64,000 nt of DNA from an uncultured Alphaproteobacteria bacterium (GCA_902595805.1 CACJRM010000002.1:8759-72758), one strand, 5' to 3'; numbered from the stretch's first letter, positions 11,200-21,139 are shown. Notes: a model not told the origin generated them from the letters alone. A program made the numbers and translations.

Positions 11200-11604
11200 T
11201 TACTCATATTTATCAGAATACAAATACGGTATCCCAATAACTAAAATAATATAGAAAACCATAAAGCCTGCAATCAGTGGTATTACCTCAGCTGCTGGTA
11301 CTGTGCTAAACGGACCAAAAACAAATCCGTAGATTACAAAAAGAATATTTAAACCTACTAAATAATAACCACCACTTCTTTTCATATTGTACAGCATATA
11401 AATTGTGTATGCGATTAATAATTGAAAAACTATACTAACAATAAAGTCTAAAGTGGAAATTTGAACATTAAAATCTCCTACAGGTGGTTGCACACCTTGA
11501 CCGGAAAAATATCCATACGTAATTCGATAAGATGTATCAATAAAATCAAGAGAGATAAGGATTAACATAATCCAATGTAGAGGTTTAAATAATCTTTCTT
11601 TCAT
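11200..11604 (-). CDS. hypothetical membrane protein (4 TM)
   Basis: Hydrophobic profile only. Confidence 0.55.
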   Translation of the reverse strand: MKERLFKPLHWIMLILISLDFIDTSYRITYGYFSGQGVQPPVGDFNVQISTLDFIVSIVFQLLIAYTIYMLYNMKRSGGYYLVGLNILFVIYGFVFGPFSTVPAAEVIPLIAGFMVFYIILVIGIPYLYSDKYE

Positions 11605-11621
11605 ACTAACAAATATAATTA

Positions 11622-12071
11622 CTAATCTTTTTTAATTGCTTCTTGTAATGAAGTATTATCTTCTGATGGTTTTGAATCTTTTTTAATAGGTTGTATTTTA
11701 TCAGATTTTTTAATATCACCACTGATTTGACCGCCTAATTTAATTTGTAAGTTTTGATACTCGACGACCCCCAAAGCAACTCCCTGCTCCTGGATTGTTA
11801 AAGTACCTGAAGCTTTCACTTCTCCCTCAAACGTTCCCCACACGTCCATATTATGTGTTTCTATATTCCCTTTGCAGTTTCCAGTAGCACCAATAACTAC
11901 ATTATCCGTTTTCATAACTACATCTGCTTCTCCGTCTATCTGGACTTCATCAGCTTTTTTAATTTCACCATTAATTGTTACACCGTGTCCAATTACAACT
12001 TTTGCAGATCCCTTTGCAGGTCTAAACACATCAGTTGTTGAATTTGTATTATCTTCTTTTTTATCAAACAT
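11622..12071 (-). CDS. bactofilin-family polymer-forming cytoskeletal protein
   Basis: Beta-helical repeat pattern VVIGHGVTINGEIK..VQIDGEADVVMK..VVIGATGNCKGNIE..MDVWGTFEGEVKASGTLTIQ typical of bactofilin (DUF583), with disordered termini. Confidence 0.8.
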   Translation of the reverse strand: MFDKKEDNTNSTTDVFRPAKGSAKVVIGHGVTINGEIKKADEVQIDGEADVVMKTDNVVIGATGNCKGNIETHNMDVWGTFEGEVKASGTLTIQEQGVALGVVEYQNLQIKLGGQISGDIKKSDKIQPIKKDSKPSEDNTSLQEAIKKD

Positions 12072-12185
12072 TTTAATTACCCCCCTTATAGTTTTGTTAA
12101 TGCAGGTAATCTACAACTGCTAAAATTATATTAAATGATTACCATATAAGTAATAATATTAGAAGATTTATATAAATTTTAAGGG

Positions 12186-12869
12186 TTATTTTTGATGATT
12201 TACTACTTCTACTAGGATCGCAATTACAAGATTAAGTATGGTAATTGAACAAATAGAAATAAACAATACGAAAAAAATCCAACTAAACCAGAATATTTTT
12301 TGTAATGGCAGCATAACAGTCTCCCAACTAGAAAGTGTTAATACTTGAAAGAGAGTTAGTAATGATTTTCCAAGATCACCCCATCTTTCAGGATCTGTTT
12401 CACTAAAAAGTATACTACCAATTGACCCAAATACGTACATTATTACAAATAGAAGCAAGCTTACGAAAAAAACTTTTTTAACAGAAGCAAGTAATGATTC
12501 TATAATTTTTTTTAATTCAGGAATAACTGATATTAATCGTAATACTCTAAATATACGAAGAAGACGTAAAACTAAAAAACTAGAATTATTTGGGATAGGT
12601 ACAAGTGAAATTAATACGATGAGACTATCAAATATATTCCACAAATCTTTAAAAAAATTTTTTTTCTCTTTCTCACCAATAAATCGAATAAGTATTTCAA
12701 TAACAAAGAAAATTGTAATTAGATAATCGAGAAAATAGATAGCATTTAAAAAAAAAGGGTCTAATTGATAAGTTGTGGCACCAATTAAAATAGCATTAAA
12801 AATAATTATAATTACAACTGAAAATTGAAAAATACGATTATCTTTTATTTTTGCAAAAAAATCTATCAT
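12186..12869 (-). CDS. voltage-gated ion channel, BacNaV (NaChBac)-like 6TM protein with non-canonical filter
   Basis: S4 voltage sensor LRLLRIFRVLRLISVIPEL. Pore SLLTLFQVLTLSSWETVM aligns with NaChBac SLLTLFQVVTLESWAS. The protein ends right after S6. Confidence 0.8.
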   Translation of the reverse strand: MIDFFAKIKDNRIFQFSVVIIIIFNAILIGATTYQLDPFFLNAIYFLDYLITIFFVIEILIRFIGEKEKKNFFKDLWNIFDSLIVLISLVPIPNNSSFLVLRLLRIFRVLRLISVIPELKKIIESLLASVKKVFFVSLLLFVIMYVFGSIGSILFSETDPERWGDLGKSLLTLFQVLTLSSWETVMLPLQKIFWFSWIFFVLFISICSITILNLVIAILVEVVNHQK

Positions 12870-12875
12870 ATTTAA

Positions 12876-13898
12876 TTAAATAGTTTTTAAATTATCAATT
12901 TTTCTATCCATAACAAAAAACCATAATGGAGGTATTAGTGCCATAATTAACATGACGGAATAGTTAGCAGGCATCTCTATTGCCTTTTCTTCTTGAGATA
13001 AAAGAGGATATGGTTTTGAAGCACTTTGATGATGCTCAGCATGAAGACCTAAATTAAATGTCGACCAATTAGCAGAGATGTGACGACTGTTCCAAGAATG
13101 TAAATCTGTAAATCTTTCGTACCTTCCATTTTCTTTTTTTCTTTCTAATCCATAATGTTGAATATAATTTACTAACTCTAATAATATTATTGAAACAAAA
13201 GAATGAAAGATAACAAAAACTAAACCATTCATACCAGCAATGAGATAAGCAAATACTAAAAATATAAATTCTAATACAAAGTAATGAATCATTCTGTTTT
13301 GAATACTAAAGGTATTTAGATTTTTTCTATCAAGAATATTTTTTTCAATAACCCAAGATGATAGCAAACTATTAATTACACAGCGAATAAAATAAAAATA
13401 AAAATTTTCACCTCTTCTTGCTGTGGCAGGATCTTCTTTAGTGGCTACATTTAAATGATGACCATAAATATGTTCAATTCGAAAATGTCCATAACAACAT
13501 AAAACTAGTAGCAATACTCCAATACCCCGCATAAATTTATTTTTTCGATGAATTAGTTCATGCGCAGTTGTAATGCCAATAGAACCGCCAGACATGCCTA
13601 CAGCTGCACCTAAAGAAGCAGCAGTTAATAAAGTGATACTAGGGTTAGAGACAACAATTAAACCAAATATAATTAAAAATAAAATACAGGGAAGCACAAT
13701 TAAAATAGAAAAGTTATGAAATACACTTTCATTTAGCTCAACATCATCTTTACTTAAGTAAGGTAATACAAGATCAATAATTGGAACTAATACAAAAACC
13801 CAAATAAAAGGGGAAATTGACCATGAGGGATTAATGATTAATCCTAAAGAACTAGCAAAAATCAAAATTAGTGGTGTTACAAGATAAAAAATCATCAA
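12876..13898 (-). CDS. AlkB-like integral-membrane alkane 1-monooxygenase / fatty acid desaturase family protein
   Basis: Histidine boxes HELIHR, EHIYGHH and LHAEHHQ, plus multiple TM segments. Confidence 0.8.
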   Translation of the reverse strand: MMIFYLVTPLILIFASSLGLIINPSWSISPFIWVFVLVPIIDLVLPYLSKDDVELNESVFHNFSILIVLPCILFLIIFGLIVVSNPSITLLTAASLGAAVGMSGGSIGITTAHELIHRKNKFMRGIGVLLLVLCCYGHFRIEHIYGHHLNVATKEDPATARRGENFYFYFIRCVINSLLSSWVIEKNILDRKNLNTFSIQNRMIHYFVLEFIFLVFAYLIAGMNGLVFVIFHSFVSIILLELVNYIQHYGLERKKENGRYERFTDLHSWNSRHISANWSTFNLGLHAEHHQSASKPYPLLSQEEKAIEMPANYSVMLIMALIPPLWFFVMDRKIDNLKTI

Positions 13899-13957
13899 AA
13901 TAATTATATATTATTTTTTTTTCTAAACTAATACCTAAATAATTTAAGAAAATTCAT

Positions 13958-14893
13958 ATGAATAATAACATTAAAGGGCTCTTTTTAATTATTGTGGGGA
14001 TGTTATTCATAATTACCCAGGACGTTTTAATTAAATACACCATCCATGATGCCTCATTGATGCAAATACTTGTATTTAGGGGAGTGGTGGGATTTTTATT
14101 GTTGTGCCTATATTTAATTTCTACAAAACAACCAATTTTCTTTGGAACCGCTCATCCCTATATAGCTATTTTTAGAGGTTTAACATTTTTCTTAGGTTTT
14201 ACATTGTTTTTTATTTCTTTAAGTCAAATTACTTTAGCAGAAGCAACAAGTTTATTCTTTGTAAGTCCTTTTTTTATTACTATTTATTCTTATTTTATTC
14301 TGAATATTAAAATTGGGCTAAATAGAATATTTTCAATTTTTGTAGGTTTTAGTGGAACACTTTTAATCATTAAACCTGAATTTAATGAAATAAATATCTA
14401 TATGTTATTTCCGATCATTGCCGCTTCTACATATGCATTATCGATGACTTTGGCTAAAAAAACTTCAATTAAAGATAATTTATATCAACAAACCTCTCAC
14501 ATTTATATGGGTGCTTTTATTGGAGGAAGTGTAACTAGTATTTTACTGCACAACTTAAGTTTTAACGTATCAATTTTTTCCATACTTAGTAATCCATGGA
14601 TATTAAATGATTTTCTAATAATTGGATTAATCCTTATTATTTCTATAACTGGAAGTCTTGGAATATTTTTTTTAATTGCTGCATACAGAGTAGGATCACC
14701 TTTAGTTAATAGTATAACTGAATACGTCCATTTAATTTTTGCGATAATAATAGGAATTATTATTTTTTCAGAAGTGCCTGATATAAACTCGTTTATTGGA
14801 ATTTTTCTTATCATGGTAAGCGGTATTTTTGTTGTATTTAGAGAAAATAGACGTAATGAATTAGTTGTTGCTGAAACTACGCTTAGAACGTAA
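13958..14893 (+). CDS. EamA/DMT-family transporter
   Basis: Ten hydrophobic segments in two EamA-like halves. Confidence 0.8.
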   Translation: MNNNIKGLFLIIVGMLFIITQDVLIKYTIHDASLMQILVFRGVVGFLLLCLYLISTKQPIFFGTAHPYIAIFRGLTFFLGFTLFFISLSQITLAEATSLFFVSPFFITIYSYFILNIKIGLNRIFSIFVGFSGTLLIIKPEFNEINIYMLFPIIAASTYALSMTLAKKTSIKDNLYQQTSHIYMGAFIGGSVTSILLHNLSFNVSIFSILSNPWILNDFLIIGLILIISITGSLGIFFLIAAYRVGSPLVNSITEYVHLIFAIIIGIIIFSEVPDINSFIGIFLIMVSGIFVVFRENRRNELVVAETTLRT

Positions 14894-14898
14894 TTGTT

Positions 14899-15870
14899 TT
14901 ATAATAATTCATTTAGAAACTTACTATTTTTTAAATCAGGGCAATTGTCTATTTTGTGATTATAATAATCATCATTATTGTAATCTAAATAATTTTTCCC
15001 TGATTGTTTGTGCATGAGATCATTTTTATTATCGTTAACATGAAAGAATTTATTATTTGTTGAACATTTTGCCGGAAAACCCAATGAATGAATCATTTCA
15101 TGTAAAATTGTTGCTTCTGCATCACCAAAAGTTTCATCATTTTTATTATTTAAATGATCTTTGTGAGTACAAGAAAATATTTTATCATTATTTGATAAAA
15201 TTATATCATTACCAATATATTTTTTAAATCTAGAATAGGTGTAGTAAATTGCAATATTACCATCAAATCGTGATTTTCCACATATATCATAATCAATATA
15301 TTTTCTTTTTTCCCAGCCTTCAAAAAAAATAATAAATTTCTTAGAAGAAAAATTATTAAATAGATTATGATTATCATTAATTATTTTTTCAATTTTATTT
15401 GATACTTCAGTAATATTTTTTGATTTATCTTTGGTTTGTAAATCCCCAAACCAATCCATCGTTTTGTTCACTCGTAAAAAAGTTACATCAATTTTACCAT
15501 TAATATTTCTATCAAATCTTATTTCTTGATTTAATGTTTGTTTTTTTAACCAATTATTTATTGCGAGGAGAGAGGAGCTAATTTTATTATTAATATCATA
15601 TTCGCGATCCTCTCTTTCGCATGGAAGTAGAAAAATTGGATGAAATTGATTTCCTTCATGTAAATCTTGTTCATCTTTATATGATCTGTTTATTTTTTTA
15701 TCTGTTTCATAGATTATAAATTTTGTTTCAATGTTATTATCACAATCTTCAGGAAGAGGTATTTTTGGAGCAATAAATTTCCAATTTTCATTTATGAATT
15801 GGAGAAAAAAAACAAAAATAGATACAATGATAAAAAATCCAATAAATGGGATTAAGAAATATCTGTGCAT
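14899..15870 (-). CDS. membrane-anchored hypothetical protein with HEXXH zinc-metallopeptidase motif
   Basis: N-terminal TM anchor. ATILHEMIHSLGF contains HEXXH. No further family recognised. Confidence 0.5.
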   Translation of the reverse strand: MHRYFLIPFIGFFIIVSIFVFFLQFINENWKFIAPKIPLPEDCDNNIETKFIIYETDKKINRSYKDEQDLHEGNQFHPIFLLPCEREDREYDINNKISSSLLAINNWLKKQTLNQEIRFDRNINGKIDVTFLRVNKTMDWFGDLQTKDKSKNITEVSNKIEKIINDNHNLFNNFSSKKFIIFFEGWEKRKYIDYDICGKSRFDGNIAIYYTYSRFKKYIGNDIILSNNDKIFSCTHKDHLNNKNDETFGDAEATILHEMIHSLGFPAKCSTNNKFFHVNDNKNDLMHKQSGKNYLDYNNDDYYNHKIDNCPDLKNSKFLNELL

Positions 15871-15995
15871 TAAATTATTTGATTTTTATTATAATTGGGG
15901 CAAAACTTCCGAAAGTTTGCGGACTTTATACCCCAAATCATTATATTGTATCTTTTTACATACTAAAACTATATTCAACCTAAAACAAAATTAAT

Positions 15996-17567
15996 ATGCG
16001 AAGAATTATTTTATTAATACTCATTATTGTTGTCGCAGGAGGTGGTTATTATTACTTTTCTTTAAATAATACTCAGATAGCAACTACAAGTTACGAATAT
16101 ATAAAAATAGAAAAAGGAAACATAAAAAAAACAGTTTCTGCTACGGGTAAAATTATACCAACATCTACTTTAACATTATCGTCAGAGATATCTGGAAAAA
16201 TAGTTGAGATCAATAAAGACTTTAATGAACAAATAAAAAAAGGTGAAGTTCTAGCAATATTTGATCAAAATCCTTTTACTTTAAGCGTAAAGGAATCTCA
16301 AACTTCAGTAGACATATCAAAATCTAAATTAAAACAAAAAAAAGCAAGTCTTGAAAAGGCAAAATCAGAATTAAATAACTCAGTTGCAAATAAATACAGT
16401 GCAGAATCACGTTTAGCAGACTCTAATTTATTTTTAAGCAAACTAGAAGAAAATCTTGAAGAACGTAAAGCTCTATTTGATAAAAAATTTATTTCTAAAA
16501 AAGAATTCGATGACACAAATTTTGATTATGAAAGTGCTATTATTCAAAATGCTACAATAAAATCAGAAATATCATCTTTAGATGCAATTATAAGTTCAAG
16601 ACAAGCACAAATAGAAATTATTAAAGCAGAGATTGAAGAAGTAGAAAAAATAATTAAACAATCTGAGTTGACTTTAGAAAGTGAAAAACTAGACTTAACA
16701 AAAACTAAAATAGTTTCACCTATAGATGGTTTTATTTTAGATAGACATATTAGTGTCGGTGATGTTCTTGGAGCTTATCAAAAAGATTCAATAATGTTTA
16801 CGATTGCAGAAACACTATCTAAAATGAATATAGAAATATTTATCGATGAATCAGATATTGGAAATATTCAATTAAATCAGGTTGTCGAATTTTCTACTGA
16901 TGCTTTTCCTGATAGAAAATTAAATGCTACGATTAGCCAAATACGTTATTCGCCAATAGATGATCAGAATGTTATCACGTATGAAGTAATTGCTTCTTTT
17001 GATAATCCAGAAAATCTTCTTCTACCTGGTATGACTGCTAACGTTGAAATTATTGTTCAAAATAAAGAAGAAGTTTTAAAAGTTAAAAATTCAGCTCTTT
17101 CTGTTAAACTCAATCAAAAGCCTAAACAAAATTCAGGTGGAAGTAGATGGGGCGGGGGCGGTCCATCTCAAATGCAAGAAATTATGGCTCAAATAAACAT
17201 GACAGCTGATCAACAAAATAAAATGAGAAGTGTGTATCCAAAACTAGGTAAAGTAAGAGGCTCTTTAGAAGCGAAAAACTTATCACCAGAAAAAATAAGA
17301 AAAGAAATTCAGTTATATATTGAGAATGCTTTAGTAGAATTATTAACTGATGAACAAAGAAATAAATATTTCTCTTTAAAAGAATCTTTAAATGTCAAAA
17401 AAGTTTACAAATTGGTTGATGGTTCTCATGAACAGATTGATTTGATTACAGGTCTTAACTCTGGCGGCTACACAGAAATAATAAAAGGTGATATTCAAGA
17501 AGGCGATGAAGTAATTTCTAAAGTTATTGTCGAAACGTCAGAAAAAAAAGCACTACGTCTATTTTAA
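15996..17567 (+). CDS. HlyD/MacA-family periplasmic adaptor subunit with C-terminal LTxxQ-containing insertion
   Basis: N-terminal anchor, lipoyl-like segment (SEISGKIVEINKDFNEQIKKGEVLAIFD), long coiled-coil hairpin and beta-barrel segment. An ABC ATPase gene and an FtsX-type permease gene follow. Confidence 0.8.
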   Translation: MRRIILLILIIVVAGGGYYYFSLNNTQIATTSYEYIKIEKGNIKKTVSATGKIIPTSTLTLSSEISGKIVEINKDFNEQIKKGEVLAIFDQNPFTLSVKESQTSVDISKSKLKQKKASLEKAKSELNNSVANKYSAESRLADSNLFLSKLEENLEERKALFDKKFISKKEFDDTNFDYESAIIQNATIKSEISSLDAIISSRQAQIEIIKAEIEEVEKIIKQSELTLESEKLDLTKTKIVSPIDGFILDRHISVGDVLGAYQKDSIMFTIAETLSKMNIEIFIDESDIGNIQLNQVVEFSTDAFPDRKLNATISQIRYSPIDDQNVITYEVIASFDNPENLLLPGMTANVEIIVQNKEEVLKVKNSALSVKLNQKPKQNSGGSRWGGGGPSQMQEIMAQINMTADQQNKMRSVYPKLGKVRGSLEAKNLSPEKIRKEIQLYIENALVELLTDEQRNKYFSLKESLNVKKVYKLVDGSHEQIDLITGLNSGGYTEIIKGDIQEGDEVISKVIVETSEKKALRLF

Positions 17568-17568
17568 G

Positions 17569-18252
17569 ATGATCAATATCAATTCTCTCTCAAAAGAATA
17601 CATCATGGGAGATAACAAGCTATTAGCTCTCGATAATATTGATCTTTCAATCAATGAAGGTGATTTTGTTAGTATTATGGGTTCATCTGGCTCTGGAAAA
17701 TCAACCTTAATGAATATTATAGGATGTTTAGATGTGCCATCTAGCGGGGAATATCATTTTAGGAATAATAATGTATCAACTTTAAATTCGAATAAACTAG
17801 CTGAATTACGTAACAAAGACATAGGATTTGTTTTTCAAAATTTTAATTTACTACCAAGATTGAACGCACAAGAAAATGTTGTGTTACCACTTTTATATTC
17901 TGGTAAAAATTTAAAAGAAAGAAATCAATTAGCAATAGATGCTTTAGAAAGTGTTGGATTAAAAGATCGTGTGCATCACAGACCTAATCAATTATCGGGT
18001 GGTCAACAACAAAGAGTGTCAATTGCAAGAGCTATTGCGGGTTCACCTAAATTAATTTTAGCAGACGAACCAACAGGGGCCTTAGATAGTAAAACAGGTT
18101 TAGAAATTATGAAAATTTTAAATGATCTAAATGCAAAAGGTATTACAATTGTTCTCGTTACACATGAAGATGATATCGCAAGCTATGGATCAAGAATTAT
18201 TAAAATGAAAGACGGTAAAATTTTAGAGGATAAAAAAAATGTCAATAACTGA
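17569..18252 (+). CDS. ABC transporter ATP-binding protein (MacB/LolD-type)
   Basis: Walker A GSSGSGKST, signature LSGGQQQRVSIARA, Walker B LILADEPTGALD. I use the ATG at 17569, 1 nt after the upstream stop, rather than the track start at 17527. Confidence 0.9.
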   Translation: MININSLSKEYIMGDNKLLALDNIDLSINEGDFVSIMGSSGSGKSTLMNIIGCLDVPSSGEYHFRNNNVSTLNSNKLAELRNKDIGFVFQNFNLLPRLNAQENVVLPLLYSGKNLKERNQLAIDALESVGLKDRVHHRPNQLSGGQQQRVSIARAIAGSPKLILADEPTGALDSKTGLEIMKILNDLNAKGITIVLVTHEDDIASYGSRIIKMKDGKILEDKKNVNN

Positions 18253-19465
18253 TCTTATATATCTCTCACAAAAAAGTTTACGCTCCAACATCTTAAGAAG
18301 TATTTTAACGTCTCTTGGTATCATTATTGGTGTTAGTTCAGTTATTACTATGATCTCAATTGGTTCAGGAGCAAGAATTGAAGTTGAGCAACAAATAGAA
18401 CGATTTGGATCAAATAACTTAATTGTTAGATCACAGAGCTCTTCTAATAGAGGTGTATCAATGGGTGCTAATTCAGTTAACACGTTAACATTAAAAGATA
18501 TGGAAGCTCTTAAAGAAGAATTACCAGCAATAAAAGCTATCGCACCAAGAGTAAGTTTAAGTACACAAATTGTTGCTAATGGAAATAATTGGCTTGCTAC
18601 TGTTACAGGAACAACAAATGATTATTTTGATTTAGGTAATTGGAAATTTGAAAATGGAAGAAGTTTTGAAGAAGAAGAGTTAGCTTCGGGTTCAAGAGTT
18701 GCCATTATAGGAAAAACAGTTCAAAAAAATTTATTTGATACTGATAGTCCTATTGATGAAGTAATACGAATTAATAAAGTTCCTTTTACTGTTATTGGAT
18801 TGTTAGATGCAAAAGGGGGAACAGCTTGGGCTGATTTAGATGATACAGTTATTGTTCCATTAAAAACGGCTAAACAACGTTTAGTGGCTAAAAAATTTCC
18901 TGGTGATCAAATTCGTAGCATGACCATTAATGTTCGATCTTCTGAATTACTTTTTAAAACAGAAAAAGATGTTGATACTGTTATGCGAAAACTTCATAAA
19001 ATTTCAGCTAATGGTAATCCTGATTTTGTGATTCGAAACTACGCACAATTCTTAAACGCTAGACAAGAATCTTCAAGAGTGATGTCTATTCTTCTAGCTA
19101 CAGTTGCAGGTATTTCATTAATAGTAGGGGGTATAGGTATTATGAACATCATGCTTGTTACCGTAACAGAGAGAACAAAAGAAATTGGTGTTTGTATGTC
19201 GGTTGGTGCAAAAAAAAGAGATATACTCCTTCAATTCTTGATTGAATCATTAATGATATCACTCATAGGAGGACTCATAGGAATTGCCTTAGGTTTAGGA
19301 GTAATATTTGGCGTTAGCGAATATTTTAAATGGAAAATGAGTCTTGATTATATGTCGATAGTACTCTCTTTTGTTTTTTCTTCATCAATAGGAATTATTT
19401 TTGGATTTTATCCAGCAAAAAAAGCGGCAAACCTTAATCCCATTGATGCATTAAGATACGAATAA
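18239..19465 (+). CDS. ABC transporter permease, MacB/FtsX-type
   Basis: N-terminal TM, large periplasmic domain, and C-terminal FtsX-like 3-TM bundle (TERTKEIGVCMSVGAKKRDIL). Confidence 0.85.
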   Translation: MSITDLIYLSQKSLRSNILRSILTSLGIIIGVSSVITMISIGSGARIEVEQQIERFGSNNLIVRSQSSSNRGVSMGANSVNTLTLKDMEALKEELPAIKAIAPRVSLSTQIVANGNNWLATVTGTTNDYFDLGNWKFENGRSFEEEELASGSRVAIIGKTVQKNLFDTDSPIDEVIRINKVPFTVIGLLDAKGGTAWADLDDTVIVPLKTAKQRLVAKKFPGDQIRSMTINVRSSELLFKTEKDVDTVMRKLHKISANGNPDFVIRNYAQFLNARQESSRVMSILLATVAGISLIVGGIGIMNIMLVTVTERTKEIGVCMSVGAKKRDILLQFLIESLMISLIGGLIGIALGLGVIFGVSEYFKWKMSLDYMSIVLSFVFSSSIGIIFGFYPAKKAANLNPIDALRYE

Positions 19466-19494
19466 ATTGAGGGCAAAATAATTATTGCCCTCAA
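19466..19494. terminator. bidirectional terminator hairpin between convergent genes
   Basis: Perfect stem ATTGAGGGCAA / TTGCCCTCAAT (19466-19476 and 19484-19494), between the stops at 19465 (+) and 19506 (-). Confidence 0.5.
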
Positions 19495-19505
19495 TAATAT
19501 AAAAT

Positions 19506-19775
19506 CTACTCAACTAAAAAAACTAATTCCTGGCTATCTAAATCAACACCAGCATCAGTTCTAAGTTTTGCTAATTCTGGATCTTGCATAGCTTGTTGCA
19601 TTTTTTCCATCGATTCAATCTCTAAAACTTGATAAATTTTAGTTTCATCATCTTTTGGATGGCCATATGCTAAAACTTTTATTCCATATTTTTCTCTATG
19701 AGTATCAACACTGAGAAAAAGATTTTTCCATTTTTCATAACCTTCTTTTAATTTAACATTCATGATTATTTTCAT
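19506..19775 (-). CDS. hypothetical small protein (89 aa)
   Basis: Clean ORF with an AAGGA-type RBS. No family recognised with confidence. Confidence 0.5.
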   Translation of the reverse strand: MKIIMNVKLKEGYEKWKNLFLSVDTHREKYGIKVLAYGHPKDDETKIYQVLEIESMEKMQQAMQDPELAKLRTDAGVDLDSQELVFLVE

Positions 19776-19841
19776 AATACGTCCTTTTTTATATTTCTTT
19801 TAATTGAATATAGTTGCATTTTCTTAATTACATTTAGCTAT

Positions 19842-20165
19842 TTAAGGTGCCTCTATAATTACTAAATTTCTTACAACTACATCCTCTTTATTTTCACCTA
19901 AAAGTGCCAATGCTTCTTGATAACGAGGATCATTGTAACCATCTATTGCGTCCTCTACGCTATTAAATTCAACAACTGCAGAAAATAACAAATCAAAATT
20001 CTTTTGAACATAGTGTTTTGGCTCACTACCAGCAGTAAATACAAAATTTCCTGATTTTTTTTCTGCTTCCTCTGCAACAATAGTCATAAATTTCTCTAAA
20101 TATTGCCCCCATATTTCTGCATTCTTTATTTCTTTTACTTGTCCTACCCAATATCCTTTTTTCAT
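19842..20165 (-). CDS. DUF1330-family protein
   Basis: Length and pattern (MKKGYWVGQV...AVVEFNSVEDAIDGYNDPRYQEA) match DUF1330. Confidence 0.6.
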   Translation of the reverse strand: MKKGYWVGQVKEIKNAEIWGQYLEKFMTIVAEEAEKKSGNFVFTAGSEPKHYVQKNFDLLFSAVVEFNSVEDAIDGYNDPRYQEALALLGENKEDVVVRNLVIIEAP

Positions 20166-20230
20166 ATATCCTCCAAAATTGTAAATTTTTATTATTTAAA
20201 TATGAGTTTAAAAGAAAAAAACTATTAAAC

Positions 20231-20620
20231 TTAAATAAATTTTTCTTTTCTAATATAACCAACTTCAGTTGTTTTATAATGTCTGAAGGGCACATTAAGA
20301 TCTTCAATGGCTTTAATAGTTTCATCTGTAATATTACCGTAAACTTCTATTTCAAATTTATCTGCTATTTCTTGATGTTTTTCTACATAAGCAACAACAG
20401 GAGGGTTATTAATGTGGTGAACCATCGCTTCACTTGTACGGTAGACTTCACTCCAGGTAAATTCTAATGGATCTGTTGGATCTTGATCAAAAGTATGTAT
20501 CAGCATATCTGGTTCTGATGCATTTACGGCGTCATCAGCTTCTTTTGCTATTTTGAGATACTCCTCAACCTTACCTTCTTTTACACGTATTCTAGCTATC
20601 AAAATAAAAGGATTAGACAT
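20231..20620 (-). CDS. ABM (antibiotic biosynthesis monooxygenase)-like domain protein
   Basis: ILIARIRVKEGKVEEYL...HTFDQDP...WSEVYRTSEAMVHH resembles ABM/Dabb-fold proteins. Confidence 0.5.
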   Translation of the reverse strand: MSNPFILIARIRVKEGKVEEYLKIAKEADDAVNASEPDMLIHTFDQDPTDPLEFTWSEVYRTSEAMVHHINNPPVVAYVEKHQEIADKFEIEVYGNITDETIKAIEDLNVPFRHYKTTEVGYIRKEKFI

Positions 20621-20730
20621 ATTATAATTTTAAACTCAAATCATAACATAATGAATTTTTGAGAACGGTTCAAATATTAAAAAAATTAACAAGGCATTTA
20701 TTTTTTAAAGAAAAGACCTATTTACTTAGA

Positions 20731-21099
20731 ATGAGACAATTTATAGTCGAATGCTGGGATAGTGTTATGAGTCACGATTTTAACCCATTAAAGCATATTC
20801 CAGACCTACAAGTCAGACACATGGTATTGCAAATATTAGCATGGATGTGGTGTATAGCATTCAGTCTTTATGTAGGATCGTGGTATGTAATGGGAGTTAC
20901 TTTTGCTACTCATTTTCTTTTAATCGCAGCCATTGCTATCACTATTGCTACTTTTAAAATATCGGAGAATGTTTATAAATTTAGAGAAGGTTACCATTCA
21001 GTGAATAGAGCACGAGGTAGCGTTATTTACAGAGATAAATATGGCAATCCCTATAAAGTTGAACTGCCAAAAAATGATCCGGGTGGAGAACACGACTAG
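20731..21099 (+). CDS. hypothetical membrane protein
   Basis: Two TM segments. I prefer the ATG at 20731 over the TTG at 20659. Confidence 0.45.
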   Translation: MRQFIVECWDSVMSHDFNPLKHIPDLQVRHMVLQILAWMWCIAFSLYVGSWYVMGVTFATHFLLIAAIAITIATFKISENVYKFREGYHSVNRARGSVIYRDKYGNPYKVELPKNDPGGEHD

Positions 21100-21139
21100 T
21101 TCTTTTAAATAACTACCAAACTTATTGTGAAGAAAATTA

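Noticed and set aside
17527-17568. N-terminal extension of the ABC ATPase ORF (MSKRQKKKHYVYFK...).
   Set aside because: It overlaps the last 41 nt of the adaptor gene. The ATG at 17569 gives a canonical ABC ATPase N-terminus (MININSLSKEY) and starts 1 nt after the upstream stop.
20659-20730. TTG-initiated 24-codon N-terminal extension of the 20731-21099 membrane protein.
   Set aside because: The extension is basic and low-complexity, and it would leave almost no promoter space after the divergent gene ending at 20620. The ATG at 20731 is preferred, with low certainty.
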